DNA of 64,000 nucleotides, from positions 23,064,001 through 23,128,000 of the forward strand of contig CM106585.1 of assembly GCA_048013815.1 (NCBI GenBank), in the 5' to 3' direction. The notes beneath the pieces were generated by a model that was not told where the DNA came from, ran no database searches, and saw only the letters and a list, made by a program, of their open reading frames with translations. Positions 1 to 64,000 of this stretch are shown piece after piece; the first letter of the stretch is position 1; the number at the start of each line of letters is the position of its first letter. Made by a program: the position numbers and the translations under genes. Origin of the DNA: Setoptus koraiensis (lineage: Eukaryota; Animalia; Arthropoda).

Positions 1-774
1 CATGGTTATCATTTGCTATTACATTGTATACATATGCTGCACTATTGCTTCATACAATGCTTCAACAATCATATTACACATCAGTATAATGAATTCCTTC
101 TTCACTGAGAGAGAGAGAGTCCTTAAATCGACAATGGCAAGATGATGTGCTTTCGAATCCGTCCATGACAATTTATAATGCATAATAGCGTCATATAACT
201 AAATGGTTGTGGCTACCCTCTCTATGAATCTCATCTTTTAATTATTGCTCCCGGTCCAGTAGATCGGTGCAATCCTGAATCGCCCAGCAAGCGATACTAG
301 CAAGCGATCAGCAATATCAATTATAATATCATGGCTATATCATGTTGATGTTGCATGGGTAGTCTTGAATATTTTGAAAAAGCAAAGATATTTCCGTAAT
401 AATTATACCAAGTTAATACGAATTATACCAAAATAATTGATTGTTTCGGTGTCTGGTGGAATCGTAAGCCCATTAATACTCATACTAATAATCATGAAAT
501 TAATCAGTCTAAATGTTTGCCCTGTAATGTTGCACTTCCAGTGTTGATAGGCAACTTTGGCTTCCGTTGTTTTATGTTGTATCTTGCATAAACGTTGATT
601 GTCAATCGCATAATTACATATGTAATAGTCAGTTGAGCTAAGCAACCATTGATGATTACATGTAAATATAAGACCATGATGCATTAATGATCTAATTGTG
701 TCAGACAGACGCTTTATTCGGGCGCAAAAAAAAGCGATTGAACTTTTTTATTATTTGTTTGCAAATGAACTGAG

Positions 775-1473
775 TCACACTCCTCGGTTCCGAGTGAGAA
801 TCTCCCCCTCAAGAATAACCAATCCGAAGGGGGACTTTTCGAAGAGTCCATATTTGCCGGGAGTGAGGCAGAGGAGATTCTCGGTAGATATGCAATCTAT
901 ATAAACAAATTCATTTAATTCATTCCACCAGCAAGCTCCTATTTGTCTATTTGACTTGGAGCTAGTTCAAGAAATACTCGCAAAGGCGGCGCTTCTTTGA
1001 TTTCTTTTCGTTCCTCGAAGCGGCTCGAGAAGAGCAATTGGTGTCGGTCGGTGAGTGAGTGTGACCAACGCTAAAGAAACTGCCAACCACCCTAATGCAC
1101 CTAGCGTCAAAATTTTTTTCTCATGTCTGTTTCTTATGCAGTGAATATCAAGTTGAGTGAGCCAGCGTGTTGGCAGTGCTTTCACTGGCGTTAAACTTCG
1201 TGCGATGCCAGCACCCCTTGCGGATATCTCTCGAACTGGGTGCAAGTGCATGAGAAAAACATACCAACTGTTGCCAGTTGCACTTTCAGTTTATCAGTCT
1301 ATATCATGATTATTTACTATTTCACCACCGAAAAACAATTTATACCGTCCACATGAATCAAAAATCCACATTGAACCATCAGCACCGATATCGCTATCCG
1401 TGAGGGGAATTTTGTCCGGCCAAATCCGATACACAATTGGACAGGATGCAGTATTTGCCAATAGAAATTCTCT
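775..1473. pseudogene. Unidentified decayed coding remnant
   Basis: One minus-strand frame stays open for 233 codons except for stops at 1296-1291 and 969-967. The plus strand also has a textbook 91-nt GT-AG intron (GTGAGT at 1051, CCTAAT, pyrimidine tract, TGCAG ending 1141). No protein family recognised; strand unresolved. Confidence 0.25.
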
Positions 1474-2548
1474 CTAGCCTCTCTAGCCGAAAACAACTGT
1501 GAGAAGATGAATTATAACAAAACAGACATGGTGTATGCAAAGAAAACTGCCACACGAATACATCTATACATTTATTATTGGAACATTGTGATTTGGAAGA
1601 GAAATCTTTCTCGGTTTTCAACAAACAATCTACTCATTTAAGTTACAGCAGAGTTGATCACGTGTCCAACTTATTGAGTTGACATTTGACGAAATCTCTA
1701 GTCCAAATATCAATGCAATGGTGAGATACTTGCGGGTCCATTTTCCCACCTATCGGTGACAGACCGGTCCAAAAAGGCGTAGTATATATCGACTGGCATT
1801 TAGCAAGCTACAGTTTTATTCGAATGTAGCTAAATAGGATGTAAAATACCTTGTGTAATCGTTACTACATAATAGTCTGTGCAAAAGGACAAAGTATCTA
1901 TGCCAGCCATAATTAATCGCAGCCAGGATTGACTTAGGTAAAGGAATATTTAGATCAAGCAAAAAGAGTTTCAAAGAGATTTACGGAGTAACCACCGTTA
2001 ATATTCGAAACCGGTCACAACAATCATTATAATTAGCAGGCAAGACTTCCGTAGAGCAAGGTGACCATAGAACTTGAAAAAAAGGGATTTCTAAATTTTC
2101 ACAATGCAGCAATATATTTTTATGCATCACAGTTGGCTAGAGTCGTCGAACCATTTCGATCGTTTCCTCGGGAAAATCAAGATTATTGATCTATCTAGCT
2201 CATACATGATTATGTCTGCTGTCCATCATTGTTTGTCTCGACAGATCAGTGATACCTTTAAACAAAGGCTTGACTCTAACAACAAACCATATCAGAGGAG
2301 TGTAAGACGAAGATTGGACCGCAAATTACGATTCGTTCTAGAGAAGATCAATAAACTTTAGCGTCACTAGTCAAATTTTACCATAGCGTGATGAGTGAGC
2401 AATTATTGAATCGTCATCACAGACAAACATCTACGCAGCATTGCAACTCTACAAATATAAGCACTAGAATTACTAATGACTTCAAAAAGAATGTCCCTAT
2501 TACGGACGGCGGCAATGAACTTGTTACCGACGAGGCGCCGCAAAACGT

Positions 2549-2981
2549 CTTGAATTGCTAGATAATCTAGGCGCCGGGGCCAGCGCTCAAATCTAAAAAA
2601 TGCGACATATTCCAACTGGTAGATTATGTGTCATCTAACATATGAGGAGAAGCGGTAATGATGATGAAAACAAACGCATCTATATGGATTTGGGAATATT
2701 ACGCAAATGTCATGATGATAATATTGTCAAATGTCTTGTTAACTTTATTTGTAATACTGAAATTTGGATTTGCATAGAATGACCACATGCTTCGATTCGT
2801 GCTATTTAGAAAACGAAAAAGATCGTTGCCAGGATCCCTTCTGGGTGTCGTTACTTATCCCGCCGCTTTACATTATTTGAAAGAAGATCATGGACTTATT
2901 CATCGCGATGTCAAACCATCTAACATATCGATAAAAGATGAAGGTGTGATAAAATTATGCGACTTCGGCATCAGCGGTCGG
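2549..2981 (+). pseudogene. MKK7: MAP kinase kinase 7 (hemipterous-like) pseudogene fragment, kinase subdomains I-VII
   Basis: Translation reads [75 protein letters not shown], frameshift, MTTCFD, frameshift, ...[39 protein letters not shown]. MRRSGNxxENKRIxMDL and [15 protein letters not shown] are MKK7 hallmarks. In-frame TAA at 2594-2596 and 2636-2638, frameshifts near 2779-2790, truncated after DFGISGR. Confidence 0.9.
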
Positions 2982-4400
2982 CGCATCAATATATATACAT
3001 ATATCACAAAATCTATACCATCAATATTTCACAATTGTCAGTGGAATTATAGATTCATGAGTATATGTAAACAAATTCATGTGCAACATTCACGAGGGGG
3101 AGCAATCATTATTATTGTTGTTATTATTAGTGTTATTCGAATATGGCGAGCCATTGAAATGCCAATATAAGGATGTTAGGAAAGAACAGAGAAACAGAGA
3201 AATAACACGTCAACGTCAATCATTATGTTGATGGCGGTCACAAATCATAGACATCATTTGCATCTTGTTCTCAAATAATCTTGACAAGTTTTCTCTCGAA
3301 TGCTCGGTTATGCTTTGCCTACACACATCAAATATATAAAAATATTATCTCACGGATTGTTGCCTATTACTTTAGTATGCGTAAAGCATCAGTATCGGTA
3401 GCGCAAATGGTAGATTGATTATTTGGATCAAGTCCAAGAATGTAATGCAGCAGAGCCATAAGAAATGGATATGCTCATGTACGAAGTATACAAATGTATG
3501 GATGCATGAAATTGTCTCTTCGGTGGTGTTATTATCATGCGATCAATTGATCTATTGAGTGCGTAGAGAGGAAGATTGAGAAAGATTTATTCTATCTTGT
3601 TTGGACGGATATTTATTAGCATGAGCATGTTGTATGAATTCATTCACGCAATATTATTAATATGTAATCTAAATTGTCACGAGAGGGCCATTTAGATCGT
3701 CATATAGATAGATGTTTTTCTATCACACAGAGAGTGCTTAGTCAAATGGTTGTTTGATAGTGGAATAGATTTAGGAGTTACATAAATACATCACAAGAAC
3801 AATGTGGAACTAGTTGGCAGCAAATTGTGGACTAGAAACGACCAATTACTATGCCAATGTCGAGTGAGTGAGAAAAAAGAGATGTAGCATTTCTCGATTC
3901 GATTCCATTCAAATTGATTTGAATTGAATCAGATCGAAGTCTAACATGCCAAATAGAGTGGGATCAAATGGGTCTGGATGACACAAACATTTCTAGTTAG
4001 CCATTGGAGCTGACAAACAGATAAGTAGCGTGAAGAGTGTGCGTTTTGTATACTATTTTCTAAACAGTCTACAGTTGATGTAATCTGCAGCAGTCTCTTT
4101 AAGTTTTGATTTCAATATCAACTTGAAAAAATAAAAGAGACTTACCGAAGAGAGAGCGACATAAATCAACGATGATGGCGAGCCATTCCGAAAGTGCTCT
4201 GTCTATTGCCTATTGATTGCACAGCCGAAGAGATGAGATTATGGTTCGCCAATTAGCTTAATGTTGGATATGTCCGCATAGATATCTCATTTATCTTTGA
4301 TATCATGCGCAAGCAATCTAATTAATTGAATTAATCTGAGTGGTGGTTGTGATGGCCGAGAGCCGAAAAAGCCGGAGAGCGGGAGAGCTCGCGCCAGAGC

Positions 4401-4420
4401 GAGAGAGAGAGAGAGAGAGA
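4401..4420. repeat. (GA)10 microsatellite
   Basis: Directly visible. Confidence 0.9.
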
Positions 4421-6166
4421 AATGCCTGGAGAGGGATGAAGAATTTCATTTGCCAATGTCTTGTTTATTGCATGTTTATATGAAAGGTCGTAACATTATT
4501 ATCGCCACGAAGAATCTTGTCGTCTCAGGTGCGTCTATCAAGCCAGTGCCGGCGACACGTTGATTGTCCTCTTTAATTAAGACCAATCAGTAGACATTGT
4601 CGAGAATCGCTTTGATTGTGTGCAAACTGGACGGGCAAAAAATGCCGGTGCTTGTTAGTATGGCCATAGGAGTGCTTTGTTTCTGGCTACCGTGTATATC
4701 CTTATTTTTGGTTTTAATTATTATTATTTCTTATTTGATTATTCTAAACTGACCACTATAGTGGTCGTAGTTGTTAAATGCAAACACCCGCACAAGTTAA
4801 TGTGTGCTGCTGACAAAACTAGATTGACAACATGAATACTGATTTAATTAGTTGATATGAGCAAAGTTATTATCATCATGCTTATATCCGCCACTAGATG
4901 GACTCTCATCGGTTATATCTAGCCACTGTTTGCAAACAGATACCGATCATACCGCCGACCGACCAGTGGCTACATACTGACCACTGGCAAATTTCTGGCA
5001 TATTCTGTCCTATTGCTATCAATATTTATATCTTAGTTGTAGTGGTAGTTAGATGCTAGACGAGATAAGAGTATAGCGTTGGCCGCATGATTATAAGATT
5101 AGAGCAAGAGAGCGAAAAGGGATCCTTTTCATCTTTTTCATTTTCGTTTTCATTTTTGTTTTTGATTTTGATATAATATATATCAAGTAGACGGAGATTT
5201 AGCCAATTTCTCTCATCAAGAAGTCCAACTGATAAAACTATATTTCATATCAACTATACTATCCATTGCTAGTTCAGTTGATTGCAATGGACACATTTAG
5301 TTGGCAAATCTATGAAACTGCAAACCTGTGGTCAAATTGAATTAAATAACGGTAAACAAAGAAGCAAACATATAGCCAATGGGCAACAACTGTGTGTCCA
5401 TCATAACTCTGGTTGTTGATCACGAGAGAGTCACAAAAAGAAAATTGAAATTGTTATCTGGCAGTTTGTTGTTGATTATCATACATTACATGCAATGTTT
5501 GTTTTTCTATTAATCAAATATACACACAAGATTTGGATTTATTTTTCTTTTATGTCTTATTTCTCAAACAAACAATAATCGACTTATGCTTATTATTCCG
5601 ATTGACAAACCGATTGTGAGACAAACCAACAGCGGACAACACTCACAATTGTCAGGTGAAAATGGCAGCCATCAGCTATGATGATGATGTTAATCGATGA
5701 CCATTGAGACCAATATCTCTCTTGTCCGTGAGTTGTCCATTATTGCCTCGAGTGATGATGATTGTTGTTGTTATCTAACGGCTTCTCGGCGTTTCACGTC
5801 TCTCGATAATAATGCAAGCCAACGATGTTCAATTGTGCATAAGTGTGTGTGTGTTTAATTGGCTGGCTGATTGATAGATGATAATAGTAATAGTTACGAT
5901 ATTAATTAATAATGTGTGTCCATGAATGTCTCTACATATACATGTTGTGTGTTTGTGTTGATAATTGGTATTCACAAATAATATACAAATGCCTGATTGG
6001 CGGACAATCAGACAACAAGTGTGTGTATGTGTGTTGTTTTCACGCACTTCCGCTTCCTGTTAAATTATGCTCTTCGTATCATGTATGTGTGGCCCGTTTA
6101 TTTGATGTGTGGCTGTGAGTAGTCATAATAAAACTAGATGTTGCTTGTCTGCTTGTAGGTGGCGAT

Positions 6167-58729
<52,563 letters not shown>

Positions 58730-59755
58730 CACAGGCGATTTTTGGTTAGTTGAATTAATTAAGTTGAACATGCTAGTTGACGGTGACGATGATCTAATGC
58801 TGTTTGTATTGGCGCCTCTATTGGTGATAGTTGGCGATAGTGGCGCACTATTATCTATTGTAGCTGTATCTGATTTGTTGTATTTGTAGCTTGCAGCTAA
58901 CTTGTGGTCTGATGTGTGATCTAAATGATGGCAGTTGCTTATTGACATGATGCTGGCGCTATAGCACTAGGACCAGCTCATTGCTGATTGCAGTTGTTTG
59001 TTGTTGTTTGTGGTTGGTTGTTGTTGGTCGTGGTCGGTTGTTGTTGGATGTTGGTTGGTTGTCGTTGGTTCAATGGCGATATATGGCGTGTATGTGGCAG
59101 AATATCGGCCAGATATTGACAATCAAATTGGTTTGTGTGGAACGGATGCTCAGTGAACGGAGTTGTTGCTTCGTCGCCAGTCAAACTACAAATGACACAA
59201 CTTCTCTCGCAACAACATTTACACATATACTCATAGAATTGAGATTTGCAGACGGGCAAAAGTTGAGAGTTGTTTCCCCCTGATTTAGATGGCTTCGTGC
59301 TTGGTTTGGTCAATTCACTTGCGACACCGCGCCAGTCCGGCATGCATCGAAGCGAGCAAATATCCAGCGATGCCGGCGCCATCTACCGAGCTTTCATTAC
59401 AGTCATTGCCACTATGTTCATTTGGCGGCTCGCTTGTATTCAAAAACGCTTGCGCATGCGCAACGTAACGCCATAACCTGATGCGGGCATGGACACGGCA
59501 AAGGATGTTGTGTCGCTCTGTAGCAATTGGCAACAAAGGCAGCGTCGTGCTTGTGGTTGCAGGCAACGCAAATCGCACTCACGGCCTGCGAGCAGCAGCA
59601 GGCCCTCGGTCGCAGCAATGGCAACCAATGTCCTTCACTTGGCTTTTAGCAAGTCGTGCCCCTAGTCACATTTGGCATCATTATACAAAAACAATTGTTA
59701 TATCCGGATATTTTAACGGATTCTTGTTACATTATCCGGGATAATTATCCATTCG

Positions 59756-59982
59756 GTAAGTAGCTTGGCACCATCAGTGGCAGCGCCAATTAAACACTCA
59801 TGAAATGATGATAGAAAATATTTTTTTGACACCTCTTATGAATTGACTATGATTCGTACAATATCGTACTCTGACATTTTGCATGAAACAACCATCCCAC
59901 TGTACATCAATCCACACCAATCCAATACTAATGATCGCCTCTCAATACGTCTCCTCTCGTCCCACATACCTGCAATTCTCAG
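59756..59982 (+). other. Probable 5' UTR intron of NDUFB9 (227 nt)
   Basis: Perfect donor G|GTAAGT at 59756, branch-like TACTAAT near 59926, and acceptor TTCTCAG ending 3 nt before the ATG. Confidence 0.6.
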
Positions 59983-59985
59983 AAT

Positions 59986-60516
59986 ATGTCTATATCAAAA
60001 TACAAGCAGCTCACTCCCAGTCATCTACAAAGAGAATATATATCTCATGCTAGAAAAGTGTGCTCCCTCTACAAGAAGGCCGCTAGGGACATCGAGGCAT
60101 GGGAAACAGACTTCTTTGAGGTGAGATTTCAAAAGCTTCAACTCAGAAAGCGTTTTGATGACAACAAGGATATCAAGGATGCAAGAGTTGCTAAAAGGCT
60201 CCTTTTGCAAGGTGAAGCAGAACACGAAAGTATTGCTCACGAGCAGCAACCTATCAAAGCATACGCCAAAGATGGTACTGCCTATGGTCGTAATCTAGAA
60301 TCACCCGATGCCGTTATGGACGCCTATCATCCCCTGGAAAAAGCCCGTTACCCATACTATTTTGCCAAACGTGAGCAACTCAAAGATGAGTACATCAGAC
60401 TGTGGCAAAAGAAGTACAAGGTCCCCTTACCCAAATCAAATTTTGGCAATCCCATATTGCCTGAAGAGCCTGCCAAGTCTACAATGATCCCGGGCGAAAA
60501 GTCCAAGACTCATTGA
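59986..60516 (+). CDS. NDUFB9: NADH dehydrogenase (ubiquinone) 1 beta subcomplex subunit 9 (B22, LYR family), intronless CDS, 176 aa
   Basis: HARKVCSLYKKAARDIEAW (LYR-like), LRKRFDDNKDIKD..AKRLLLQGE, GTAYGR, MDAYHPLEKARYPYYFAKREQLKDEY. Confidence 0.95.
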   Translation: MSISKYKQLTPSHLQREYISHARKVCSLYKKAARDIEAWETDFFEVRFQKLQLRKRFDDNKDIKDARVAKRLLLQGEAEHESIAHEQQPIKAYAKDGTAYGRNLESPDAVMDAYHPLEKARYPYYFAKREQLKDEYIRLWQKKYKVPLPKSNFGNPILPEEPAKSTMIPGEKSKTH

Positions 60517-60732
60517 ACGAGTGCAAATTCTCACAAAAAGGTTAGTATTCTTGATCATTTGGTCCCTCTTGACAAAAATACTATAACGATTAGATTTGAT
60601 GATGATACGTCTTTTTAGACATAGCGAATGAAGCACTTTGATTACCGACTAGAGTCTCTGAGATAATTCTATTCAAAAATTCAAATATGCTCTTCTCAAT
60701 CCTCCGACAAATTTTCTAATAACTATATTCGT

Positions 60733-60738
60733 TTTATT
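60733..60738 (-). terminator. Candidate polyadenylation signal (AATAAA) of the Nox5 gene
   Basis: AATAAA on the minus strand, 52 nt past the stop codon. Confidence 0.45.
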
Positions 60739-60789
60739 ATTTTCTTATTCTTTAAACAACTGTTACAGTAAATATGTAGTATACGATTA

Positions 60790-63294
60790 TTAAAAAACTT
60801 CCTTTCTAAAATTAAAACCAAATTTGTCACATGATCTGTGCAATAATCTACCCAACTGAGGGCGTCCACAAAAAAACACTGTTACTTTGCCTCTCTTTTG
60901 TTGTTGTATGTTCTCAAAGAGTTCATCCCAATTGGGTCGACCTGCTTTAGTTCGAGTTTTCAAACCTGTAACGAGATCCTTGTTGTTCTTTTCATGCATG
61001 AGGTAAAGGGCTAATTGGATACCTATCGACTTGATTTGAGAGGTTTGCATTGCCGTCAGGTGAATATGGATGTCGAGAAATCTTTCTTCTTGCGGCAAGT
61101 CTGACTGAGTTAGCTCTAAATCGGCGAGCAATTTGATAAACCACTCGAATGATTTTTGATCTCTATTTATCCAAACGAAGTCTACCTTTCTCAAACCAAA
61201 AACGAAGGGGGGCCGATTGTCGAAAAAATTGTGGGTGCATTTTGGACACGTTTGCCTTGCCTTCTGGTAGTGATGAACAATCGATTGGAGAATACTAGCA
61301 AATGGGGTTACTCCTATACCTGTGGCCACTAGGACAGCATGTTCAGTTTTGAATATCTGGCTAGAAGGTGATCCATATGGGCCGTCGATGAATATCTTGA
61401 GTGTATTTGGAGAGACATTTGTGTTGGCCTTTTGGCCAGACTCAAGCTCGTTTGGACCTCGTAATCTGTCGAAGGGTTCCAATTTCAAAGCGACCTGTTG
61501 TGTCTTGCCTTTTTCATTAGTAGCCTGACGTCTTAGGCCCAAATCATCGTCTAGCGCATTGTCAATGCTCATCGAGAACTGGCCCGATTTGATAAAACGT
61601 CTCAAGTGATTTCTGCTTTCCATTCCTTCAAAATGCTGTCTCAATGTTCGTGTCCATTCGCCTACTGCCCTAATATGCAACCATATCACACCCTCTTGCT
61701 CTGGTGCACTACTTATCGTAAATGGATGCCACTCGTACTTGGCTATCTCCGGAATAAGAACATAGATCCAATCTCCCGGATTGTAATCAAAGTTGGCTGG
61801 CCTCCTGATGATTAGTTGAACCACACCAGAGGGTAATGGTACACCCTTGATAATAGTTGTTGGACCGGTTGGTGTTAAATTCCTCATGAAGTATCTCACA
61901 CGATACAAAGTCTCTATGGCGAATATCAAAAAAGGTACTGAGAACCAGATACAGTAACGAGGAGCATGAATGAATAAGAGCACCCAGAACGGAAGGTATA
62001 ATAGATGGCTATAGTAGAAAAGCTACATGGGAAGATAAATGAAAGATGCATTTGATTAGACTATTGGCTGTATTGACCTGATATGTTTAGGATACCTCAT
62101 CAATCAGGGTTGATTAGTCAATTGGGTGGTAGCATTACCTCAAATCTTCCAAATCTTCTAGCGAATGGTTGGGCTAAGGCCATTACCATCAATATGAAGA
62201 GCAACATCCATCCAGTTAGACAGGCACAACCACCTAACCAGCCTATACCCAGATGGGTGTCGATCAATAGACTTGCTAGTGGGATGTTTTTCTCATAAGA
62301 GACTCTGTTGAAGTTTAGTATGTGTCCTAAGGTGTGTAATACTGCGTTGATCACTATGAGCCAACCAATTAATTTGTGGAAGTAGACGCTGTCATCCAAC
62401 GGTAAATACTGTCCGAATCCTCTACATCTCAGATGATTTATTGATCTGCGACAAACTAATAAAACGATTATTGAACAAAGGAAATTAAGACACTGACCCG
62501 ATGCTCTGGCCAACATCAACCATCCGCATTGTCCCCAATAGGTGACTAATCTGGCCGCAAATAGTGCTACTAGTAAAAGGCATAATGAGCAAAAGAAGCC
62601 GACACGTGCTAAATTGTTGCTGATGTATTCCCATCTGAGCTTATTCAATATTGGCAATCTAGTAGAATATCTGGCAAGTAGAGAATCCCAACAACTGGTA
62701 TTGTTTGTTTTTGCTTTTACACCTGTGTTTGAGCTCGTTAATTGATTGTGGTGCGCTTTTGTCACCAATATCGAGGCTCTTCTTTGTTGATGTTGTTGTT
62801 GCTGTTGTTGTTGAGTGTGAAGGCTGTCCGATGTTGGGCTGGTGGTATTGATTAGAGAGAGCTCATTGATGAGATTCGGTCTCAGCTGAAGAACCTCTCT
62901 GAGATCAGCAATCGATATTGTGTTACGATCAGTGTGATTGGCTTTGTCGAAAACTGCCTCGGCTATTTGTTCTAGATAATTATCAAATTCCAAACCAATG
63001 TCGTTGGCGCACAGTGCAAGAACGTTCTTCAATTCTTCTCGTTCGATCTTGCCATCGCCTGAAATGAAAGTGGACAAAGTAAACAAATGTTTATCAATTA
63101 GTTAATTTAGGTTGATTAGTTGGTGTTTTTACGGCTGATTGGCGTGCTAATCAACAAGATAGAATCAACGTAACAATGATAATCTTACCGTCTGTATCGT
63201 AGAAGTCGAATAGGTTACGTAACTTCTCATCTGCGTTTCCCTCAAATATGTCTTGTATAAAAGACATTTGAGCACTAGTTTTACTCAAAGCCAT
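60790..63294 (-). CDS. Nox5: NADPH oxidase 5 (Nox5-type), join(63294-63189,63058-62139,62022-60790), 752 aa
   Basis: EF-hand DTDGDGKIEREE. Heme His pairs YFHKLIG...LHTLGH and YSHLLY...FIHAP. FAD motifs HPFTISSAP and IRAVGEWT. NADPH motifs DGPYGSP, GIGVTPFASIL, CGRP, FRKEVF. Nox5-type CPKC insert. Introns of 130 nt (GACG|GTAAGA..TTTCAG) and 116 nt (GAG|GTAATG..ATGTAG) are in frame. The start codon is uncertain. Confidence 0.93.
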
Positions 63295-64000
63295 TGATTT
63301 GATGAAACCAATTTGTTATCTTGATGAAAGATATAACTCACTTACTAAAACATTGGGCTAAAAATCAATTAAGAGGTCAGTTGAATAATAGAGTGACGGT
63401 AATAAGATATGTGATAGGACTATGATTTGAACAGACAAAAACAATTGATTTGCAGATGATGATTTGAATACGTTCAGGTGTGTTAAGAGCACATTTATAA
63501 TTTATCTACACAAATTTGTTAAATGATCCACCAGAGGCTCTCGCGACGTTTCAAGAATGTACACTAAATCACGATGTGTCTCGGTGAATGTTCATTTTGT
63601 TAATCGATTTATTTTAATGAGCATTAAATCAGTTTGGTGAGCGCCAAAACTAGTTCTGTCTCGTCCGGAATAGAGAAAGCATGATGGCGCAGCCCTGGCG
63701 GATTCTTGCCTAAACCGATACGAATGAATTGGATAAAGTATCAATCATCACCGAGTTGCAACTCGCGAAAGGTTGTCATTCGATAAAAAGATACTTTGAT
63801 GAGATACACCTTTGTCACAAAGGCATTGTGAGTATCCACAATATCTAAATATAATGAGCAGTGAAGTTTGACACAACAATTATTATAATCATTGTTATCT
63901 ATGCAGTACGCAGCAATTAATCGATAAAATGTGTGTTGCCCCCATACAGCACCCAATTATGGTGATCATCACACAACAATCATTCCAATATTGATAACAA

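Noticed and set aside
130-684. Cytochrome P450-like words on the minus strand (INGLTIPPDT, QTFRL, MDGFESTSS)
   Set aside because: Order and spacing do not match a P450, and there is no PERF or FxxGxRxCxG motif; could be chance.
4086-4230. Exon/intron-like pattern on the minus strand (AIDRALSEWLAIIVDLCRSLF, TTCG|GTAAGT)
   Set aside because: Downstream frames stop quickly and I recognise no family.
63725-63830. Plus-strand exon-like segment (ELDKVSIITELQLAKGCHSIKRYFDEIHLCHKGI|GTGAGT)
   Set aside because: No start or acceptor in frame, no recognisable domain, and too near the window edge to assess.

Overview
Eukaryotic (arthropod-type) genomic DNA. Compact intron-poor genes and Q/N-rich insertions suggest a mite, which is inference only. 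One minus-strand Fasciclin-1-like gene dominates the window (CDS 58729->6167, about 1,170 aa). It has a signal peptide, four FAS1 domains, and a transmembrane helix with a cytoplasmic tail, spread over at least six firm exons separated by 7-15 kb introns; one junction needs a further small or micro exon to keep frame. The right end holds an intronless NDUFB9 CDS (+, with a 5' UTR intron) and a three-exon Nox5-type NADPH oxidase (-) showing only one canonical EF-hand. The AT-rich left end holds a decayed MKK7/hemipterous pseudogene and other unidentified coding remnants. I recognised no tRNA, rRNA, CRISPR array or intact transposon. The strongest unexplained signal is in the Fas1 introns: about 33 perfect PAR-bZIP D-box sites (RTTAYGTAAY) and about 15 C/EBP-type sites, far above a simple base-composition expectation. 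The introns also carry Scratch-type CAACAGGTG boxes, a sense-strand excess of CAG|GTGAG splice-donor words, several perfect hairpins and many 10-11-nt tandem repeats. All counts were made by eye and need computational confirmation.
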